Below, one piece after another: positions 58,915-64,000 of a DNA stretch of 64,000 nt. Each line of letters opens with the position of its first letter. Position 1 is the stretch's first letter. The position numbers and the translations under genes are program-made. The notes below the pieces were generated by a model that worked only from the letters and a program-made list of their open reading frames with translations, was not told where the DNA came from and did not search any database. The stretch is from Planctomycetota bacterium (GTDB taxonomy: Bacteria > Planctomycetota > UBA1135 > UBA2386): the NCBI GenBank assembly GCA_947501605.1, contig CANMWZ010000009.1:1-64000 (forward strand), read 5' to 3'.

Positions 58915-60066
58915 ATGCTCCGGATACGACACGACGAAGCGCGCGCGGCGTTGCCGTTGCGCGTCTCTGCCGACATCGACCTCGGCGCGGTGCGCGACAA
59001 CCTCGGGTTGCTGCGTTCGCGTTTGCGTACGGGCTGTCGGGTGATCGCCGTGGTCAAGGCCGATGGCTATGGCCACGGCGCGGTGCAGGTTGCGCGAACG
59101 GCGCTCGCAGCGGGCGCCGCCGAACTCGCGGTGGCCGATGCCGGGGAAGGCGTGCGCTTGCGCGAAGCGGGCGTCGAGGCGCCGATCCTGGTGGTGGGGC
59201 CGAGCCAGCCCGAAGACGCCGCCGCGATCGTGCACCATCGCTTGCGGCCGACGGTCGCCGACGCCGAGTTCGCGCGCGCGCTCGCGGCGCACGCGCAAAG
59301 GACCGTTCCGATCGAGATCGAACTCGACACCGGGATGCGCCGGCACGGGATCCTGGACGAAGACGCGGTGGCCTTCGTGCGCTCGTTGCGGGTGCACAAG
59401 CACCTGCAGGTCCGCGCGGTGTTCACGCACTTCGCCGGACTCGATCGCACGGCGATCGAGGACATGCGCGCGCAGTGGCGTCGCTTCGAAGCGGCCAGGG
59501 AGGCGCTGGCTTTTGTCGGCTACGACGTCGAGGCGCACGCGTGCAACACGCTGGCGACGGTGCTGCTGCCGGAGGCGCACGCCGCGGCGGTTCGCATCGG
59601 CGGCGGGCTCTACGGCTTCGATTGCGGCACCAGGCTCTCCGGTCTGCGCCCGGCGATGACGTTGAAGACGCGCGTGGTCGGCGTTCGCGGAGCGGCTCCG
59701 GGCGACTTCGTCGGTTACGGCGCGATGCACCGGGTGACGCGCGCGACGACGCTGTTGCTGCTGCCGTGCGGCTACGCCGACGGCCTCTCGCGCGCCCATT
59801 GGAACGGCAAGGACGTGCTGGTGCGAGGTCATCGGCGGCCGATCGTCGGCCAGGTCAGCATGAACCAGACGGTGGTGGACGGCGGCGACCTCGACTTCGA
59901 GATCGGCGACGAAGTGGTGCTGCTCGGCGCCCAAGGTCGCGAACGGATCCGCGCCGAAGACCGCGCCGCTAGCGGTTGCTCGGCCTACGAAGTGACGACG
60001 CTGCTGCGCAGTGACCTCGCTCGCCGCTACGTGGGTGCGGAACCGGCGGTGTCCAGGCTGTCGTAA
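58915..60066 (+). CDS. alr: Alanine racemase family PLP enzyme
   Basis: IDL.A...N, AVVKADGYGHG, DTGM.R.G, FTHF, VGYG, GYADG, YE. Confidence 0.88.
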   Translation: MLRIRHDEARAALPLRVSADIDLGAVRDNLGLLRSRLRTGCRVIAVVKADGYGHGAVQVARTALAAGAAELAVADAGEGVRLREAGVEAPILVVGPSQPEDAAAIVHHRLRPTVADAEFARALAAHAQRTVPIEIELDTGMRRHGILDEDAVAFVRSLRVHKHLQVRAVFTHFAGLDRTAIEDMRAQWRRFEAAREALAFVGYDVEAHACNTLATVLLPEAHAAAVRIGGGLYGFDCGTRLSGLRPAMTLKTRVVGVRGAAPGDFVGYGAMHRVTRATTLLLLPCGYADGLSRAHWNGKDVLVRGHRRPIVGQVSMNQTVVDGGDLDFEIGDEVVLLGAQGRERIRAEDRAASGCSAYEVTTLLRSDLARRYVGAEPAVSRLS

Positions 60067-60173
60067 GCGCGACGTCGCGCCGCCCGGCGTCGTCGGGTCA
60101 GAAACCGCAGGCGCTCACTTCGCCGCACCGGGCGCCGCGGTAACGTGCTCGCCCCCGCACGCGCACCCAACCC

Positions 60174-60911
60174 ATGCACTCCGTCCTCTTGTCCGCGGCC
60201 ATCGGCCTCGCTTTCGGCTTCGGCGGCTACTTCTTCGGCGCCTGGCAGCTGATCTGGGCAATCCTCTTCACTTTGGTGCTGACGATCGTCGCCTTCGTGG
60301 TGCTCGCGCGCCGCTTGACGAAGCGCTTGCAACCAATGATGGTCCGAGTGCAACAGCAGATGGAAGCGCGCATGCCGGATGCGGCAATGCAGAGCCTTCG
60401 TGAGTTGCTGCCACACGGCAAGTGGATGCCTCTGCTCGAAGGCCAGATCTATGCGCAAATGGGCATGCTTTCGTACCAGTTGGGCAAGCGCGACGAAGCG
60501 ATCGAGTTGCTCAAGAAGTCCTCGCGCCGCCTGCCCGACGGCCAGATCGTGCTGGCGGTGATGCAGTACGGCAAAGGCGAGAAGGCCGTGGCGCTGCAGA
60601 CGCTGCAGCTCGCCGGCATGGTCAGCAAGAAGCACTCGCTGCTGCACAACGTGCGCGCGTGGCTGTTGGCGAAAGAAGGCCGCGCGGACGAAGCGATCGC
60701 CGTCCTGGCGGCGTTCACCAAGAAGAACCTGACCGACGAGACCAGCAAGGACAACCTGCTGCGCTTGCAGAACGGCAAGAAGATGTCGATGAAGTCGTTC
60801 GGCTTGATCTGGTATGCGCTCGGCTTCGAGACACCGCCGCCGGAGATGGGGCAGATGCAGCAGGCGCGGAAGGGGTTCCGCACGCCGCCGAAGCAACGCG
60901 GCGGCGGCTGA
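60174..60911 (+). CDS. Membrane-anchored TPR-like hypothetical protein
   Basis: Two N-terminal TM segments then TPR-like helices, NLLRLQNGKKMSMK.FG..WY tail. Confidence 0.72.
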   Translation: MHSVLLSAAIGLAFGFGGYFFGAWQLIWAILFTLVLTIVAFVVLARRLTKRLQPMMVRVQQQMEARMPDAAMQSLRELLPHGKWMPLLEGQIYAQMGMLSYQLGKRDEAIELLKKSSRRLPDGQIVLAVMQYGKGEKAVALQTLQLAGMVSKKHSLLHNVRAWLLAKEGRADEAIAVLAAFTKKNLTDETSKDNLLRLQNGKKMSMKSFGLIWYALGFETPPPEMGQMQQARKGFRTPPKQRGGG

Positions 60912-60937
60912 GTCAGCGCGCTGGTGCGCGGCCAGCA

Positions 60938-61009
60938 GAGGTGTCCCAGTGGAGGTGTCCCTGTGGCGAGGACACATTCGCCCCAACCTGTCCTTCGTCC
61001 AAGGACACC
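60938..61009. repeat. Cluster of GTGTCC/GGACAC direct and inverted repeats
   Basis: GAGGTGTCCC(A/T)GTG x2 at 60938-60965, GGACAC at 60970, hairpin TGTCCTT-CGTCC-AAGGACA at 60989-61007. Confidence 0.65.
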
Positions 61010-61049
61010 TTGCCGTCAGCGCCGAACGAGTCGGAGCGCCGCCGCGGCC

Positions 61050-61321
61050 TCAGTTGCGCCGCAGGTTGAGCTTGCTGATGCTGACGCCAGCGGACTCACG
61101 ACGTTGAGCACCTTGACCGTGACGATCTGACCGGCCTTCACCACTTCGCGCGGGTCCTCAACGAAGCGATCCGCCAGCTGGCTGATGTGGACCAACCCGT
61201 CCTGGTGCACACCGACGTCGACGAAGGCGCCGAAGTTCGTCACGTTGGTGACGACGCCTTCGAGCTGCATGCCCGGAGTCAGGTCCTCCACCTCCTGCCC
61301 ACCTTCTTGGAAGGTCGCGGT
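61050..61321 (-). pseudogene. tex: Relic duplicate of the tex 3' end (S1 domain + tail) with internal deletion and frameshift
   Basis: 61106-61321 matches 63462-63677 at 201/216 nt by my count, 61050-61102 matches the tex terminus, 198-bp deletion plus 1-bp frameshift. Confidence 0.92.
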
Positions 61322-61349
61322 TCGGAGTGTGGGAGCGAAATCGCTGGAG

Positions 61350-61578
61350 AGGTTGACCGATCCGATCCAGCCCGGAACAGTGGTTCTGTCGGCACGGGCT
61401 CGATGGACTTCGATCAGGCTCGGCTGCTGCGACCTACGCGCAAGGAGTGCGCGGTCTCGATGCCAGGAGTATCGCCATGTCCCGCAGAAGGTCTGCTCAG
61501 CGCGTCTACTACATGGTGTTCGTCCTGACGGCGGGAGGTGTTCCTTCGCCGGCAGGGTGGATCCAGATCGTCAACTGA
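61350..61578 (+). pseudogene. Decayed 3' end of a galactose-oxidase-like gene (C-terminal early-set/DUF1929-like domain)
   Basis: Fragments across three frames: [37 protein letters not shown], resembling V.L.RPGS.TH..D.DQR...PGYYMLFV...GVPS.A.WV. Confidence 0.6.
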
Positions 61579-61592
61579 GGAGCTCGAACGCC

Positions 61593-63179
61593 ATGAGGTT
61601 GCCGAAGTCGTTGATTGCGCAATTCTGCGCGGCCGGGTCTCTACTGGGGCAACAGCTGCTCTGGGAGGTCCCGGCAGCCGCCTACTCGGGCTACAATGCC
61701 TGCTCCGCGTTCGGAGATTACAACCTCGATGGCTACAGGGATCTGCTTGCCTATCGGAGTGCCGGCCGGAGCCCGTTGACACAAATCAGCGTCTGCATCC
61801 TATCGGGGCGCGACGGCACCTTGCTTCATCAGCACATTCTCTTCTGGGGGATCGACAACCCTCAATGGGCAGGCGACTTCGACGGCGACGGCTACGACGA
61901 GTACACATGGTCGTCCAGCTTCGTGATTCACATCTACTCGCCTCGGCGGGGGATCGAACTCTTCAATCTTCTCCCGCCCGGACCCGGTGATTTTGGATTC
62001 GCCAAGGAGCCCCGCATCGACCTCGATGGAGACGGACTGAGTGACCTCCTGGCTGCGACGGCGCGCTCCTTCGATTCCAGCTTGTATGCCTATGACCACG
62101 TCGGTGCGCTCCGCTATGTCATCCCGGCATCGGTCCACGGTTGGGTGATCCAGAGCATCGCCAATGTCGGTGACCGAGACGGGGACGGTGGCGAGGACTT
62201 CCTGGTCGGGGCCGTGGGCGGGGCGCTTGCCGAAGGCGGCGCCTTCCTGTACTCGGGTCGAACTGGCACCCTGCTGCGCTTCCACCCAGGACTGCAGGCC
62301 TACGACCTGCTGGGTGACGCTGTGGCTCTTGCGGGTGACCTCGATCTGGACGGCGTCTCGGATTACCTCGCGAGCAGTGCTGCGAGCTTTTTCTCTTTGC
62401 GTCAGGTGACGGTCGCCTGGTCCGGGGCCGATGGCTCCGTCATTCGCGTTTGGCAGGACCCGAACTTCCAGCTCGGTTCGCCGGTCAGCGCCAAGTTCGA
62501 CGCCGATCTCGATGGCATTCCCGACGTGCTGTTCGCCTGCCCAGGCTGCCAACCCGAACAGTATGTCTGGGGTGTGGTGCAGGTGATCTCGTCGCGGGAC
62601 GGGTCGATTCTGCACCACGCGCAGCAGAGCCGATTCCCGTTCCAAGGCAACTACGGCTGGTTTGTTGCAGAACTCGGAGTTCAACCTGGGAGCCCTCATC
62701 CAGTGCATGCACTTACGTTCATGGATGGTGGCCAAGGAGCTGGCACGATCCAAGCCTGGCGCAGCGAACCGCGCCGCTCCAACCTCTCGGGCGCCGCCTG
62801 CACGAACCTAGGCACCGCGATGATCCCCGGCTTCCGGGCCACACCGACCGGCTCCCGACTCCAGATCGCGAACGCACCGCCGGGCGCACTCGCGTGGTGC
62901 ATCCTCGGCGACGGCGTCGCCACCACGACGGGTGGCCTGCCTCTGCCCGTCGGCCTTGACGCCCTTGGCTTCCCCGGCTGTTCGCTGCTCGTGCCGATGG
63001 ACTTCGTCAGCGCGAAGCCGACCGGCGTGTCTGGCATCGACCGCGGCTATGCCGCCTTCGATCTGCCGGTGCTGCCCGCTACGACCGGCGGCCGTCGCTT
63101 CGCCGTGCAGTGGCTCGTGCTGGATCCGGCGACCGGCCTTGAGGTCTGGACCGCGCGGCGCGACTTCTGGCTGCGGTGA
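61593..63179 (+). CDS. FG-GAP/VCBS repeat beta-propeller secreted protein with shared C-terminal module
   Basis: GAGGAG RBS. Repeats GDYNLDGYRD, GDFDGDGYDE, DLDGDGLSD, GDRDGDGGEDF.VGA, GDLDLDGVSD, DADLDGIPD, most followed by SG.DG-like motifs. Confidence 0.88.
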   Translation: MRLPKSLIAQFCAAGSLLGQQLLWEVPAAAYSGYNACSAFGDYNLDGYRDLLAYRSAGRSPLTQISVCILSGRDGTLLHQHILFWGIDNPQWAGDFDGDGYDEYTWSSSFVIHIYSPRRGIELFNLLPPGPGDFGFAKEPRIDLDGDGLSDLLAATARSFDSSLYAYDHVGALRYVIPASVHGWVIQSIANVGDRDGDGGEDFLVGAVGGALAEGGAFLYSGRTGTLLRFHPGLQAYDLLGDAVALAGDLDLDGVSDYLASSAASFFSLRQVTVAWSGADGSVIRVWQDPNFQLGSPVSAKFDADLDGIPDVLFACPGCQPEQYVWGVVQVISSRDGSILHHAQQSRFPFQGNYGWFVAELGVQPGSPHPVHALTFMDGGQGAGTIQAWRSEPRRSNLSGAACTNLGTAMIPGFRATPTGSRLQIANAPPGALAWCILGDGVATTTGGLPLPVGLDALGFPGCSLLVPMDFVSAKPTGVSGIDRGYAAFDLPVLPATTGGRRFAVQWLVLDPATGLEVWTARRDFWLR

Positions 63180-63206
63180 CGGAGTGCGAATGCGGACCCG
63201 CGGCGC

Positions 63207-64000
63207 TCAGTTGCGCCGCAGGTTGAGCTTGCTGAGCGCCGCGGCGAGCGGGCTCACGACCTCGGGCTCGGGCTTGCGCGGAGTTGGTGCGGGCCGCGGG
63301 TCGCGGTTGCCGCGCGGATCGCGATTGCCGCCGCCGCTGTAGCCGCCGCTGCTGCGCGCGCCGGCAGACCCTGCGGCCGCGTGGCTGTCGCCGCGTCCAC
63401 CAGCCGGCCGTTCGTGCAGCTTCATCGTCAGCGCGATGCGTTGCCGTGGGATGTCGACCTCGAGCACCTTGACCGTGACGATCTGACCGGCCTTCACCAC
63501 CTCGCGCGGGTCCTCGACGAAGCGATCCGCCAGCTGGCTGATGTGGACCAATCCGTCCTGGTGCACGCCGATGTCGACGAAGGCGCCGAAGTTGGTCACG
63601 TTCGTCACCACGCCCTCGAGCTGCATGCCCGGAGTCAGGTCCTTCACTTCCTGCACGCCTTCCTGGAAGGTCGCGGTCTTGAACTCCGGACGCGGGTCGC
63701 GCCCCGGCTTCTCGAGCTCCTGCAGGATGTCGGTCACCGTCGGCACGCCGAAGCGTTCGTCGGCGAACTTCTTCGGGTCGAGCGACTTCAAGAAAGCGCG
63801 GTCGCCGATCAGGTCGCGGATCGCGCGGCCGCTCGCTTCGAGGATGCGTTCGACGAGCGGATAGGCCTCGGGGTGCACCGCGCTCTGATCGAGCGGGTTC
63901 TTGCCGCCTTGGATCCGCAGGAAGCCGGCGCACTGTTCGAAGGCCTTCGGCCCGAGGCGGGTCACCTTCAACAGGTCCTTGCGCGACTCGAAGGCGCCGT
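63207..64000 (-). CDS. tex: Tex/YhgF RNA-binding transcription accessory protein, 3' part (5' end outside window)
   Basis: [37 protein letters not shown]1 domain [30 protein letters not shown]. Confidence 0.96.
   Translation of the reverse strand, partial: GAFESRKDLLKVTRLGPKAFEQCAGFLRIQGGKNPLDQSAVHPEAYPLVERILEASGRAIRDLIGDRAFLKSLDPKKFADERFGVPTVTDILQELEKPGRDPRPEFKTATFQEGVQEVKDLTPGMQLEGVVTNVTNFGAFVDIGVHQDGLVHISQLADRFVEDPREVVKAGQIVTVKVLEVDIPRQRIALTMKLHERPAGGRGDSHAAAGSAGARSSGGYSGGGNRDPRGNRDPRPAPTPRKPEPEVVSPLAAALSKLNLRRN

Noticed and set aside
61016..61291. Functional stand-alone S1 protein (91-aa ORF)
   Set aside because: Start lies inside the duplicated tex sequence, the last S1 strand is deleted and the tail is frameshifted.
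61050..63677. DGR template/variable repeat pair
   Set aside because: Mismatches are not adenine-specific (several are G/C swaps at third positions) and no reverse transcriptase is in the window.
1..64000. Many long antisense and alternate-frame ORFs (for example 10382-12037, 22746-24374, 56973-59057)
   Set aside because: Arg/Ala-rich or mirror ORFs expected at high GC, overlapping well-supported genes and lacking motifs.

Overview
High-GC, densely coding bacterial chromosomal segment with about 42 CDS and no rRNA, tRNA, CRISPR array, integrase or transposase that I can recognise. Gene content suggests an uncultured Planctomycetota lineage (inference only). Housekeeping genes are glyA, speA, infA, alr, an ABC-F ATPase and tex (partial). 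Accessory content includes a ~1950-aa Hhe-type DUF4011-helicase-nuclease defence-like protein and many large secreted proteins. Three things stand out. (1) A minus-strand locus (26.8-47.1 kb) pairs a Ser/Thr kinase-GAF-sigma54 activator fusion with a near-consensus sigma54 promoter upstream of a coupled operon: GT4, GT4, ABC exporter, two APH-like kinases, AlgE-like porin, beta-helix lipoprotein and a repeat protein. This looks like an uncharacterised phosphorylated-glycan synthesis and export system. (2) Three to five unrelated secreted proteins end in the same ~130-aa C-terminal module, a candidate lineage-specific sorting or anchoring domain. (3) An FG-GAP gene and a galactose-oxidase-like gene relic sit between the live tex 3' end and a decayed second tex 3' end that differs mostly at synonymous sites, the footprint of an integrase-free gene capture anchored in tex. 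All family assignments come from motif recognition by eye, not database searches, and start codons are my best estimates.
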